DNA from: Ascidiella aspersa
Taxonomy: Eukaryota
NCBI GenBank assembly: GCA_963924565.1
Contig: OZ004609.1
Coordinates: forward strand, 29,822,001 to 29,886,000
DNA: 64,000 nucleotides
Direction: 5' to 3'
The notes beneath the pieces were generated by a model. The model saw only the letters and a program-made list of their open reading frames with translations. It was not told the DNA's origin and searched no databases. Below, piece by piece: positions 11,501-23,345 of the stretch (position 1 is its first letter; each line of letters starts with the position of its first letter). Made by a program: the position numbers and the translations under genes.

Positions 11501-14500
11501 GTGGCTGAAAATAAATTTGACTTTATTTTCGGTGTTGCGCGCTACGAAGGTAGTAAGTTCTTTGCATATGTTCATCGATGTTTTTCCAATAAACGGGAGC
11601 TTCATTGTGATGGTATACAACGGTTTGTTTTCTTCATGCTCTACCATTTTGTTTTGCACGTCCTTGTGTTTTTGGTCAAGAAACCTGTAAATGGCAGTAT
11701 CAATAAACTGCTTGGGGTACCCATTCATCATCAACATTTTTGAAATATTGCGAAATTCATGGTGCATCCCCATGTAAGTGTTACAAATTCTGTAAGCCCG
11801 GTGTAATAGGCTATTTATCAGGTTGCGCTTGTATTTAAATGGCACAAAACTTGACCATCTTGTTAGGAGGCCTGTATGGGTAGGCTTGCGATATACGTGA
11901 GTGCTGTGTCCATTAGGCATTTTCTTAACCAGTACATCCAGAAAGGGCAGATTATTATCCTTTTCCCACTCACAGGTAAACTGGATATTTGGATGGATGC
12001 CATTTAGAGTGCAGAGAAAAGCCTCAATTTCATCACTGTTGTAGAATACGGCAAAAATGTCATCTACATAGCGGCATAAAAGATGGGGTTGTGCTGGGTT
12101 TTCCACGGTTTGATCAATTAACCAGTTCATGAAAACATCAGCAAGCAGAGGGGCGATCGGGGAACCCATTGCGACGCCGTCGATCTGTGTGTAAAATTTT
12201 TGCCTGAATTGAAAAGTGATGTCATTGCAGGTCCAATTTAACATTTTCTTGAACTCAGATTTCTTGAGTCCATGAAACAGCTTAACACCTTCCTTGTATA
12301 TGTTGTTGAGAATCAGGTTGGTGGTAAATTCAACTGGAATGTTAGTGAACAGGCTTTTTACATCGTAAGATACCATGACCTTGTCATACAGTTGTGTGTG
12401 GTTAACACGGTTCACAAAATCAAAGGTATCTTTTATATTGGTGGGATGTGCGCGCAGTGGTTGTAGAACTTCACACAGCCATTCGGCACAGTCATAGCAG
12501 AAACATCCACGCGAGTCTAGAATAGGTCGAAGTGGTACGTTGACCTTATGTACTTTAGGAACGCCATACAGTGTAGGGGTACGGGCAGCGGTTGGTCTAA
12601 TTCTGTATGGGCTTTGATATTCTTATTACGTCTTACTACAACCTCCAACCATTATGCTCCAATGTTTATTATAAGTTTTTTGTTGTTTAAATATATAAAT
12701 GCCTATAATTGTTTTAATTTGTGAGCATATCTACTTTAAATGTGATTTTTTGTGCAGTCAATCAGTTATATATACATAGCATATTTTTCAGCATCTTTTA
12801 ACGCTACATTGTAAAATGGAAATCAGTTAAATCACAGCCTACTTTAAAATGTCATAAAGTGCAGTGGACACGTTCTAGTCTCCGCCAGCCACGTTTTGCG
12901 ATTTAGAAAACTTTAAATTAAATTTTCTCTCCTTCCATGTCAACATTTCAAATTGTGATGTTGTTTTAATTCTTGTTGTTTAATGTTAAACAGAATAAAG
13001 GATTGTGCTGACAATTCAGGAAAACTTGGTTTATTTATTTTAATGTTATAAAAACAAAACATACTTCAGTTTCTGCATTTTGGTGAAAGTATTCCCTATT
13101 CACATCGGATTTTGCCATGTCATCTTTAACGCCAAGAGCATAATCCCTGGTTTGAACCGGCAAACCTAGAAACCAAAATTAGGCATTAACATAGTGTAAG
13201 TTGTGGATTAACACATAAAATAGTAATGTTTAAAGGGTAAAACAGTCAAAAAAGTGGATAAGTGAAAATGCAGACTTTCTTAATATTGCAAGTTTTTACT
13301 AATCTTTAACATTTTAGTTTTTTACATGTATTCACTTAGCCATAGAGCAATGTTTAAAGCGTAGAGCAGTCAATAAAAATACTGAAAATCAAGCAAGTTT
13401 GGGAAACAAGCAGTTAATAAAAGTATACTGTGCTTTCTTACCTAAATCGCAAAAAAATTAGGACTGGGAAACATTTGCAAATTGTTATTTATCTATACAA
13501 ATAAATACAGGACAATGAGGACATATTTACCATACTCCAGATCAAGCAGACAAGTCTGACAAATGTTCTTCAGCTTTGAGCAAGTTTGACAGACCTCGGT
13601 TTTCTTGAAACGCATCCTAGCACCAGGACACCATCTGAACACTGTGAAGGGCCGGTCGCAGATTTTACATTCCTTACCGAACTTTTCTTTTGTCTAAGAA
13701 AATCATAAGTTAGATTAAATATCTTAGTCATCAAAAAGATAAAAATAAAACCAATTGCTTGCAACATATTTTCAAGGCACACAAAGAATGAATAAAAAAC
13801 ACAAAAATGACAAGCTAAAAGAGACATGCAACATTTTTTAAAAACTGTAACAGGACAAACATTGCGAAACTCTGAATGCCTAAATAGATATGATGTCCGT
13901 AAGTCAGAGTATAATTCAGTTGGATTTACAATGTGCAGTGCCGAAATTTAGAATGCGCACATGCAACAGGGAATGTATAAGCAAAAATAGTGAACAACAA
14001 AATTTTAGTTTTTTAACCTCAAAACCAGGGCTGCGGAGTCGGAGTTGGACATGGGACTTAACAGAGTTGGTTTGTTTTGCTGCAATCGGACTCGGGACTC
14101 AAGTAAGACCACGTAAACTACCCGAGTTCTGAGTCAAACTTTTGAAACTAATATTACCGAAAAATGATAATTTCTAAAGTGGCAAATATTTTTCAACCAT
14201 GTATTGTGAATTTGTGAGTGAATGAATTTTATGACACCCCCTAAAAGTAGATTGCTGAATATTTACCTATTTAGTTCCGTTAATTGGCGGAATACAGGCT
14301 GGAGAGTCTGAGCCTGGCTCAGGGCTCTCAACGAAATCGCAATATTGTCGGAGTCGGACTCGGGTTTATTTTTTTGGCCAGAGTAGAACTCAGGAGTGGA
14401 ACCCGGGTTATTTTTAACTGACCCTGCAGCCCTTCTCTTAACACTTACTTTTCTATTTTGTTGTAGGATATAATGACATACATGTTATATATCTCAAGAG

Positions 14501-14855
14501 ACAATTTTTATGTTAATTTTTTTACGGCACATACCAGGCCGAAAATTTAGTGCGAACCAGCAAAATTATAGCAGGACTATTACCACAAAAAGCAGTTAAA
14601 CATTGAAATTTAATCTTACCATGCGAATGTAAGGATTGTCTCCAAGGCAAGTCTGGCATAAAACTGGAAAATCCTGTAAAACAATTTATGATCTTTAGCA
14701 ACGCAAATGATACCAATTGAATATTACAAAAGCATTTTAGGTTAGTAAACTTTCAACTTAGCATTCTAAACTCAGAGCATATGTAGTATTTCTTTACTTA
14801 CCGCCTCCTCCCAATTTTGGCGATTATATCTGTTTGCCCCAAGTGAGGTGGCCAT
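5502..14855 (-). CDS. RBM22: Pre-mRNA splicing factor RBM22 (Cwc2/Slt11 family), 10 exons, 428 aa
   Basis: Exons 14855-14802, 14673-14620, 13693-13531, 13165-13065, 10856-10684, 10026-9817, 9304-9161, 8641-8535, 7842-7654, 5593-5502; all GT-AG and in frame (1287 nt). Motifs [32 protein letters not shown] finger [34 protein letters not shown]-terminal [13 protein letters not shown]. Confidence 0.97.
5706..6115. repeat. Degenerate ~200-bp tandem duplication in RBM22 intron 9
   Basis: Blocks taccatca(c/a)agtctttaataa, agattaacca, tcgtaggactactg.atactggtt, aaaatacttgttt.aaatt.atgggg occur twice in the same order (~5706-5896 and ~5902-6115). Confidence 0.8.
6216..7608. mobile_element. Non-autonomous DNA transposon (~1.4 kb) in RBM22 intron 9
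   Basis: Imperfect TIR CAAGGTTGGGCTTAAGCA ... TGCTTAGGAACAACCCTG; subterminal GGCGAGT/ACTCGC arrays at both ends; TGATG on both flanks (6211-6215, 7609-7613). Confidence 0.65.
7918..8059. mobile_element. Fold-back (inverted repeat) element with hammerhead-like core, probably Penelope-derived
   Basis: Arms aaaggtcgagtaggtcgccatcatcttaattaaaacgtttc / gaaacgtcttaatcaagatgatgttgatctactcgaccttt; minus strand reads CTGAAGA-AGATAC-AAGCTC-GTTTT-GAAACG. Confidence 0.6.
10148..10254. mobile_element. Fold-back element with degenerate hammerhead-like centre, probably Penelope-derived
   Basis: ~40-bp arms aaacagctcttctggtgattgtaattctttaccaacgttt / aaacattggtaaagaattacaattactagaagggctgttt around CGAAGG-TGACTTA-AA-TAGGTTG-CCCAAACATTGG. 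Confidence 0.55.
10955..10992 (-). ncRNA. Minimal hammerhead-ribozyme-like motif in the PLE 3' region
   Basis: Minus strand TTGAAAA-T-GAATAA-AGAG-TTATTC-GAAAC-GTC: stem II and GAAAC-GUC intact, first core deviates from CUGANGA. The position matches the known association of hammerheads with PLE pseudo-LTRs. Confidence 0.5.
11137..12600 (-). pseudogene. PLE RT/GIY-YIG ORF remnant with one frameshift
   Basis: Frame open from ~12600 to ~11270. One extra A in the A-run near 11266-11271 shifts it; the PLE-type C-terminus ([23 protein letters not shown]...PLYLFNI*) continues in another frame to 11137. No start codon or N-terminus. Confidence 0.85.
14026..14434. mobile_element. MITE with GGAGTC/GACTC subterminal repeats (copy 1)
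   Basis: Ends CAGGGCTGCGGAGTCGG ... GACCCTGCAGCCCTT; near-TSD ctcaaaac/ctcttaac; internal blocks (gtaagaccacgtaaacta, caaccatgtattgt, ggaatacagg) shared with 41606-42008. Confidence 0.75.
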
Positions 14856-16608
14856 ATTTTAAATCTGACTTGTTTGACATAAACCGCAATTAGTCAGCAA
14901 GGTAAGTTACAAAAGTCTCACGTAAAAACAAATTATGTTTTCTATATATCACACTGCGATAACTGCAAGTTATAATATTACAATGTGTCAAGGAATTTTC
15001 ATAAATATTAAAAATAACTAGAAGAGGGTGCAAGTTCTAGTTAGAATTTCTGGCAAAGTTAAGGCTTGGCTAGTATTACCTAGCATGTCAACCTAGTTTA
15101 TGAGAAAAAAAATTATTTCTATCATCGTCAATTCAAGTTTGGAGCTATCCTTGTTATCTAATATCTACAATGGTTTCAGTAGATGGTAGCTCACGAAATG
15201 TATTTTTAAAGTTTTGTTTCTACAGTCTACCTAAAACTACGGCACATTTTCTTATTTGTGTACATCAGCACACCTGATGTTGTTCAACGATTTTTACCCT
15301 ACATAAGTGTGAACAAACTTTAAATATTCACTTTTAACGCAATAACTATTTGTATATTTCTGAGCTGACTTTTATTGTTCTACCGCCAGGCAAAAAAGCC
15401 AACAATAATGATCATATAACTTGGTCGTACAAAATGACTTTGAATAGATTTCCTATATTTATTTTCTATACGCTGAAATATATACTAGTGTTTTTACGAA
15501 AAACGTAAGCTAATTTGTTTTGTTTCGGTTAACTAGCAATTAAACATACATCAAAGAATCTAAAATATTTTGTCCGCTCAACGTCAAATGTTTTGTCCTA
15601 GAAGGTTATTGGTTTCTACTTCGTTTCGCAACGTTTCGACCATAAAGTTCTACTACAGTATTATCCAAATAATGATGATTAAAATATCTAGTTCATTTTA
15701 TCTTTATGGCATCAAATATACGAAAAAAACCCATTAAATGTCACTTTTTCCAAAAATAATTGATGTGGAAATAACCCCCAAATTATAAAACTTGTCTTAA
15801 CTTTTCTGCAGTTAGCAGGACATACAACGTGTACTTTAATTTAAACAAGTTATTTTTTTACAGTAGAACAAGTCTGTAACCAAGCGATTTACTTAATCAT
15901 AACCAATAATCACACAAGATATACTCAGACGTTAAACAAGATTTTAATGATAGCATCTTCCAAATATGGCGTCTAGTTCTTTATCGCCATCTAGCAGTAG
16001 TCTTTTATTATCAAACGAAGTTTATAATATTGTGATTAGCTATTTTCCTATGATGGCTCATAAAAATTTCTCTTTAATCTCCCCAGTGGCTTACCTGACT
16101 GGCCTTCTGTTAGTACAAGGTTTATATAATATGGGCAATAAATAATGAGGTCTGACAAGTATCATCTGGTTACTGGTACCTTCCCTTATGGCTACTCTGA
16201 AACCTTTTGTGAAATAAACTAAACAAACAAACTGCAGACTCCCAATGAAGAAGTACACAGAGTTAGCAACCAAAATACACAATCAAGTAACATTATTTAA
16301 TATTAAAAAGTTAGGGCCCCAATAAAGCTAAACATTTAAAGAAAAAATACAAGACTAATTTTACACAAAGTGTTTATATCAATTGTACATTTTTGCAATA
16401 ATAAAATATTAAACTTTGTGTGACATTTACAGGAAAATGAGTTTATTTCTACCCATATATGATAGTCACAAAAATACAGCAATCAATAATAAAACTATAA
16501 CAAATGTAAATGAAGAAAAATTCTGATTTTTTTAAAAAATGAAACAAAACTAGCAGAATATTTCTTTTGGTAAAAGCAGTGGTAAAATTGAAATTTAACA
16601 CAATAAAC

Positions 16609-17049
16609 CTATAATGGCTGATGTCTGAGTTCTTTTTCAAATTGTTCAGCAGTAAAAGTGCCGTCCAGCTTTTCATAGTTTTTGTTGAAAACCGAATATG
16701 CACTCATCTCTTGCTTTTCTCGTCGTTTTGTAGACGTACTTAAATACATAAAAAGAAATCCAGAGGCGATGACAAAAACAATTCCAAACTGTAACTCCAC
16801 AAACAAAAGAAACAAGAGAACCCACAGGATGATTTTTAAAATAGTTGGTGAACCAATAATGGGAATTTGTTTTAGTTTTTCTGCAACAAATACGAAAAAG
16901 CGACTTTGTGTTATTTGGTGCAACCATCTTGAAAGAAGAGTAAATACAGCATTTGTTCGTTTGACTGTGCTTGGTCTTGAAAAGTTTTTGCTGTTACTTG
17001 AGAGCTCAGCTTTTTTCCTTGCACGATACTCTGCCAAACCTTGCTCCAT
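16609..17049 (-). CDS. SAYSD1: SAYSvFN domain-containing protein 1, intronless CDS, 146 aa
   Basis: Starts MEQGLAEYRARKK; hydrophobic hairpin ILWVLLFLLFVELQFGIVFVIASGFLFMY; signature EMSAYSVFNKNYEKLDGTFTAEQFEKEL; acceptor TTTTCAG 17 nt upstream of the ATG. Confidence 0.95.
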   Translation of the reverse strand: MEQGLAEYRARKKAELSSNSKNFSRPSTVKRTNAVFTLLSRWLHQITQSRFFVFVAEKLKQIPIIGSPTILKIILWVLLFLLFVELQFGIVFVIASGFLFMYLSTSTKRREKQEMSAYSVFNKNYEKLDGTFTAEQFEKELRHQPL

Positions 17050-17913
17050 TATTCCAATAGAATTTTCTGAAAATATTATTTGAGGTTCACTTGACTTTCG
17101 CAAGTAATTTAATATTGACTAGAGTTATTTTACAAACAACTTGATTGATACTTATGTCATTAAAATGATTTGTTTAAAACACCTTGATTAGAAACACAGA
17201 TTACTAAATGCTACTAGTATAAGTGGTCTTGATGTTTCTTTGCAACATTAAAAAAATAAACAAAATTTGTCACTAACATATCTTTTGTTTATTTTTGAAA
17301 TATTGTTACTTTACACTCAGACTTTCTGTAGTGGTATTAGTAATGGATTTGGCCAATATTAAAATCTGATATAGTGCAAACAATACTAGTTATTTGTATG
17401 GGCATAAAGTACAATAGATTTGACTTGTTAATTTGGAATAAAATTAGTATTTTGAACCACATAATAACTTTACAATTGTAAGAAAATGCACATACTTACA
17501 AATAGCTTGATGTGTATCTAATAAATCTCTTTTCTTGTAATCAAATCAAAACTTTTGACGACCGAATGACGCTATATTTAAACAAATAAATTGCGGTGAT
17601 AAAATCTAATTAAAAATACTAATTAGTTACAATTTAAACAACTGTCTGGTTACAGCGGTTTGTATTGTTGCTGTTATTCTTTGTGATTCGTTGCCGTATC
17701 CCGATTTGGCACCAAACCAAAAAAGCGTTTACAGGTATAATCAACTTAATTGCTTTGGAATGGGTTTAAATAACGTTTTTAAACTCTAAAATGTTATACC
17801 ATATTGTTTTGGTTAAAAAAAACATTATTGGTCTGTCACAGTTGACCGCGATCAGCTGACGTATGTTCAACGAGCCGTGACGCATTTTTGCATGCTGAAA
17901 AAAAAAATCAAGG
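17050..17913. promoter_or_regulatory. Probable bidirectional promoter region between SAYSD1 and NATD1
   Basis: Head-to-head start codons ~860 bp apart; local CpG cluster ~17550-17900 with TGACG motifs and a CAGCTG. Confidence 0.5.
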
Positions 17914-19181
17914 ATGCTCCGTTCAGCGTTGCTGGGTAGAACGTTGTACACAAGTATGTCAACCACTGTAAACAAACAGGTACTGCAAGTTCAACACGAC
18001 AAAAAGAACAAACTGTTCTATATTGATATACCAGGTAAACAGATGATGGATCATAAGTATTGGAAAGTTACACAGCCTGACAATCTCGTTGTGCACCAAT
18101 GGCTTGTCTTTGGATAAGTTGTTCTAACCTTTTAGAAGTTCCGTTTTCCTTGAGCTATAATTATTATTTAATAAAAAAAACCTTCTAATAATTAGCTACA
18201 CATGGTTTGTCACAAATTAACTAGTAAAGTTATGTAAACCAACTCAAACCAAAAATTATAACTAACAAATTGGTGGTGATCATAACATTCTATACTAAGT
18301 AATAAAAACACCTTTCATTCAAGAAAATGTCTTCCATTTATGAATAAATTATGAAAAAAATAATGAGTTTTAGAAATTAAGTTTGAAAATAACACCTAAG
18401 CCCGAAGTGTGGTATTATTACTACTATGAATGTTGACAACATATTATTCATGACAGCCCATACTATTTGTGTGCCACCTGATTGCGCATTTTGTTATTAG
18501 CAATTATTGCTACCAATCAAAATACCAAGTAAAAGGTGTTTTAATACCTTAATACCTTATATCAAATATTTCATAATTAAGCTTTATACATTCTATACTG
18601 GATCATTACATTAGAAAAGTTCCATTTTTTAGATCATAGCAAATCTTTTACATCTAACCATGCTACATCAAAATAATATAACATTTTCATTCATAGTTAA
18701 ACAGTTTTTTTAAATCTTGTCCGGGTTAAGGATTTTCAAATGAATGTTTTTTTCAGCCTGTCAAGATCAAGCAACACTAACATATGAGCCACTAGGAGAA
18801 AATGCCCTTGATTTGCAGCATACGATTGTGCCGGAGTCTTGTAGGGGTCAAGGAGTTGGCAAAATAATTGCAAAGGTATTGGTAATATTTCCTATTTATT
18901 AAAAAAATGTTATGTGGATTTCAATCTTTTGAGGATGGGTAAACCTTTAATATATTTTCTGCTGATACTCTGTCAAAGTTACATTTTCCAACTCATTTTT
19001 GTTTAGTTAAAATAGTTAAGATGACTCCACAATATTAATTTTTCATTTCATGTTTCAGGCAGCTCTTGATTATGTCGTCGAAAACAACCTTAAAATGAAG
19101 TTGTCTTGTTGGTATCTTCAAAAATATGTTGCTGAACATCCTACTGAAGAATACCTAAGTCGATCTATTAATGATTATTGA
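17914..19181 (+). CDS. NATD1: NATD1 (GNAT/YjdJ-like acetyltransferase-domain protein), 3 exons, 120 aa
   Basis: Exons 17914-18034, 18757-18875, 19059-19181 in frame; motifs VQHDKKNKLFYI, LDLQHTIVPESCRGQGVGKIIAKAALDYVVENNLKMKLSCWYLQKYV. Confidence 0.93.
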
Positions 19182-21944
19182 AGGAAATTATATTTAGTTC
19201 AAGTTGTCATGTTCAGTAAAGTTTGCTTTTAATTTTCTCTAGACTAATTTCTATGCAAATCTGTGATACCCTGATGCCTAATTATCCCTTATTGCTAATT
19301 TAAAACTAAAATTGCTGGTGTTGCTGAAGTACCACATAAATCAAACATCTGTTGCTTGATTGACAAACTCTTACATGGGCATTTCTTTTACTTTGCTTGT
19401 TGGTATGCTTATGGTTTATGTGCATTGCATTCGGTTTCTGTCAATCATTTTTTTCCTTTTCAATAGGTTTTTAATTAATTTATTTAGTTTAAATTTTAAC
19501 TGCGTTGTATTTTATTATAAAGCTTTTTTAAATAAGATATAAATCGCTGTAAGCCTGAACCAGGTTTTAATTTCTTCTTCTTAAGTTTAATAAACTTGAC
19601 TTCATGACTCACCTGGAAGGTCTGATCAATTTAGTATTAGTTCATATAAAATCTAATAATTCCCCACGTGTACATAATCAATTTAAATTATTATTTGTAA
19701 TGATGATATTTGCTTCTCTTGGCAGCTCATTAATGGGTAAAAATATATTTTGGGGTTATCCTATTAAATTTATTGGGTTTATTTAAAATATGTCTTTTAG
19801 TTTAACCGATCGATTCAAAACTTGAGCAAAAATAACCTTCTCTTAATGTGGAATCGTATCAATTGGTAAAGATATATTTCGGTGAAACCGAAGTAAATTT
19901 ATTTATTGGAAAAATCTCTTTTAGATTAACTGATCGATGTGAAATTATGTAGATATAACCTTTTCTTAATGCGCAGTTGTATCTGGCGGTAAAAAAAGCG
20001 ATTCACGGTTACGTCAATCACCGCTTCGGCGCTCAGCCCAGCGCAATGAAAACAAATACGACAGGCCAATTTGCTGCCAGTGTCAACAGCTCAACGGACG
20101 GACGGCGGCGCGAAAAACGCGGGGGCTTAACACCGCGAAACCGGCCAATCGCGCCAACTTGGCCGAGGCTTCGGACGCATCTGTTTATTGTTCTCGGTGC
20201 GCAAACGGAACAGCGAGTTTATATTTGTCGCAAAACAAACAGGCCGTGTAGTGGCAGTGGCCTCCGGTACGAAGCAAAACGGGACGATTCGAGGCCCTGG
20301 TTGGTTTAATTTCTTGGAGGATTGCCATAATTGGGGACCTGGGCATTCCAAAAATATGCACCTGGACAAATTGCGGAGATACGGACTGGCGTTTATTTTT
20401 CGGGCAATTTGACGAATTGAAACTTGTTACGAAAAAAATTGTCCTATTTTTGCGTGACGCAGCAAATGTATTTTGGGTGAGCCGCCTTAGGAATAGAATT
20501 CCTGTTATGTTTTGTTCTTGCAAAAATTCCGGGTGATCCGCAAGTTAAACAAACTGATAATAGCAGGTCCACTATTTTGCACAAATCAGTTTCAGGAAAA
20601 GGTCCGTGCCACAGCTTCCTAAGATTATGCAACTGTGTAAGGTTATTTTTTAATACTGTCCAAGCGGCGCGAAAAGTTTAATAAATTAAACAGCATATCC
20701 AACACCGTCGAGGGCAGGCGTTCTATAAAGAAAGCTTGCGTAATTCCTTACAATAAACATGTTTTACCAGTAGGGAAGTTTGATATATGGAAATCGTTCA
20801 AGGGGGATTTTGACAATTTTTTGTTCAAAATTTGCCTTAGCGTTAAAAAGTTATTTATCTACCTCTTAACGTATACTTTTTGACAAATTGACCTTACAAC
20901 GTAAAATCACTGCGTTGAATCGCAAATTATGGTTGAAATTCCTATATAAAATTGGTGTTGAATCGGCACCAATCATACCTTAGTATCGGTTAAGTACCGT
21001 TACTACTAGTTTGGCATGTATCGGTTGCGATTAGATTTATCGGACATTCCTATGTTAAAAAAATGAGTTATACCGCCTAGAAAAACACAAAGCATTCCAT
21101 TGGATGGTTAAGAAGCTTTTCAGGACGACGGAATAGTACAAACTTATTACACTTACATATTACACCTAACCAAGTTTATTGTTCCTAAAATCTAACCTTA
21201 AAAGTATAATTGTAGTCGGAATTTAGAAAGCGTTCAACACATCTTGAACATTAATCGAAAAAATACCGAAAGAACCGAAGAAGTTTACCATCTAGAAGTA
21301 AATATCTAAACAAATGAAGTGGGTCGAGCCCCCGTTTCACCCATTCTCCCATAAATGCACCCACTGTTAAGCTCTCTGCCCAGTGCGCTATTAAAAGGTA
21401 TTTAACGCGCGCGTGACACGGTTAATTCCGAAACAATCGCGCGAACAAGATAGCCTTTACCGTTTTTCTGTTTCGACAGCAAACAAATAACGGGACAGCG
21501 CTACGGGCAACTGTTTCCACCTATACTCTCAGGCCAGTGTTAACAGGGCCTTATAGCGCCCCTGTGAATGCCAACAACGCGTTTGCGCCTGGATCTTCGG
21601 TCAGTAATAAGTATTGACAACAAACGCGGCGTCGCGTTTTGGACTTGTTAGCTCCCAGTAATTACTCGCCGCAGATTGACTCGGTGGGCACGAACTTAAT
21701 TAATAAATGGCCGTGGATGAAAATTTTATTGGTGACCTGAACGGCGTTTTGCCACTAAATTGCACTATTTGTTGCAGGCAATAATGGCCGATTTAAATAG
21801 ACTTTCCGTTATCGCCTTCACACATCTTTACAGAAAGGGTAAGGCTGTTGTGGAAACGCATGGGAACGGAGTTTTCGCGTGCCTGTCGAGGGGTAATGCC
21901 GAAGAAAAATGTGGACGTTACCACGGTCTATATCGATCCCAACT

Positions 21945-22580
21945 ACTTGTCTGATTTCCAATGTTTAATTCCGATACCGATGCTCGATATTTTGAAACAA
22001 AAAAATATCGCGATTCGATCCGAAACCAAATTATATCATTACTATGCTTAAAGAAGCAAAATAGATTAATTTGCAACATTTCAAAGTATTTTTTCCAGGA
22101 CAGTTGCCCAAATAATAATAAGTTTAGTGTTGAGAAATTTACTTCAAGTTGTTAGCTCACCATCTTTATTAAACTTACGTTTCAAGATAAAAGTTGCTGC
22201 ATTTGGTCGCAATACATAAAAATCATAAAAGCATTGGATAAATGACATTAAACTGATTATAATAATAATTTAAGTTAAACGTTCCTCTAAATATTAATCT
22301 TCTCTATAATAAAAGCGTTTAAGCTTAACAGACCTACCAGCTTTTCGGTGGCCAACGTTGCTTTGGTACCAGGTTCTCCAGCAACAAAATCGCCGGGAAG
22401 GTGAGATTCCAAATCATCACCAAAAAGTGGAGGGCTTTGGTCCTCCGCCTGATTATGTAGCTCGACTTAGAATTTAGACTAAAATTCCAATAATATGTTG
22501 GTATCGGATCGGCACCGATACGAATGAGTAGCCTATCGATGCTATTGATTGGCATCCGATATTATCGCGTAAATCCCTAA
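21945..22580. mobile_element. Degenerate CCGATA-repeat MITE (TAGGG-ended hAT-like)
   Basis: CCGATACCGAT / ATCGGATCGG arrays at both ends; terminus aaatcccta; related to 27292-27652. Confidence 0.45.
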
Positions 22581-23027
22581 TTCAAACTTTACACAACTGC
22601 ATTGTCCTAAAAACAGAATAAGCAGAAACTTACAGGCCTTTGAAAACATTTCATATACGACAAACAGTGAGGATTGGATGTTTCTAATTTAAAAGCTATC
22701 TTTATTATTGCACATTGACTCATAAGAAAAACGCTTGCTGGCTCCTAACATTTAAACATGTGGGCATCATTACATTTGAAATACATTGGTCAGTAAGGGT
22801 TCCAAACCGGCTCGCGAATCCCATACTGAAGTAAGAGCACACTCAAGAGGTCATAGAAGTAATATACACACATGGTGCATGTTACAGCTATAGCATCAAC
22901 CGCTTCTCCAGTTTCACTGACTAATATTACCCGCTCCGTATCACGGGTGCACTTTGTTGATAAATTCGCGGGACTGAAATTATTTGACTGTTAAATTAAA
23001 CCTTTTTTTTGATTTAATGCTTTACGC

Positions 23028-23345
23028 CAATGCTTCCCAACCAGTGGGTCGCGACCCATTAGTGGTGCGAAGCTATATTTCAAGTGGGTCGCGATGCATT
23101 TCTAAATGTTACAGTCTTCTATTAAATCGGGGAATTGTTGCATTTTCATAACGTAACATTTTGTGTAAGCCTGTCTCCAATCAACGATTTTATCTGGTAA
23201 TATCAATATTCAAGGTCAAGTTTCGCATTAATAGTAAATTGCCCGTGTGTACATTGTTTCTTTTGTCGTTATTTTGTTTTTCATTCGTTTGGTGCTATCC
23301 CATTGTGGGTCGCACAATAAAACTTGCATTAAAAGTGGGTCGCGT
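23028..23345. mobile_element. hAT/Charlie-like MITE fragment
   Basis: Left end CAATGCTTCCCAACCAGTGGGTCGCGACCC with repeated GTGGGTCGC; similar end at 44909. Confidence 0.5.

Larger units (their letters stand above)
10909..12635 (-). mobile_element. Penelope-like retroelement (PLE), 5'-truncated, in RBM22 intron 4
   Basis: RT motifs [54 protein letters not shown]; [28 protein letters not shown]; exact 35-bp inverted repeat 10909-10943 / 12601-12635; hammerhead-like motif in the 3' tail. Confidence 0.95.

Noticed and set aside
10388-13300. Shared ACTTTCTTAATATTGCAAGTT motif in two RBM22 introns (~10389, ~13273) as intronic snoRNAs
   Set aside because: No C/D or H/ACA boxes identifiable; more likely an eroded local repeat.
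15966-16282. Short ORFs between RBM22 and SAYSD1
   Set aside because: No recognisable motif or consistent exon chain on either strand.
14856-16608. SAYSD1-RBM22 operon (trans-spliced polycistron)
   Set aside because: Same strand, but the 1.75-kb gap has room for a separate promoter and the RBM22 upstream acceptor is weak; not supportable from sequence alone.
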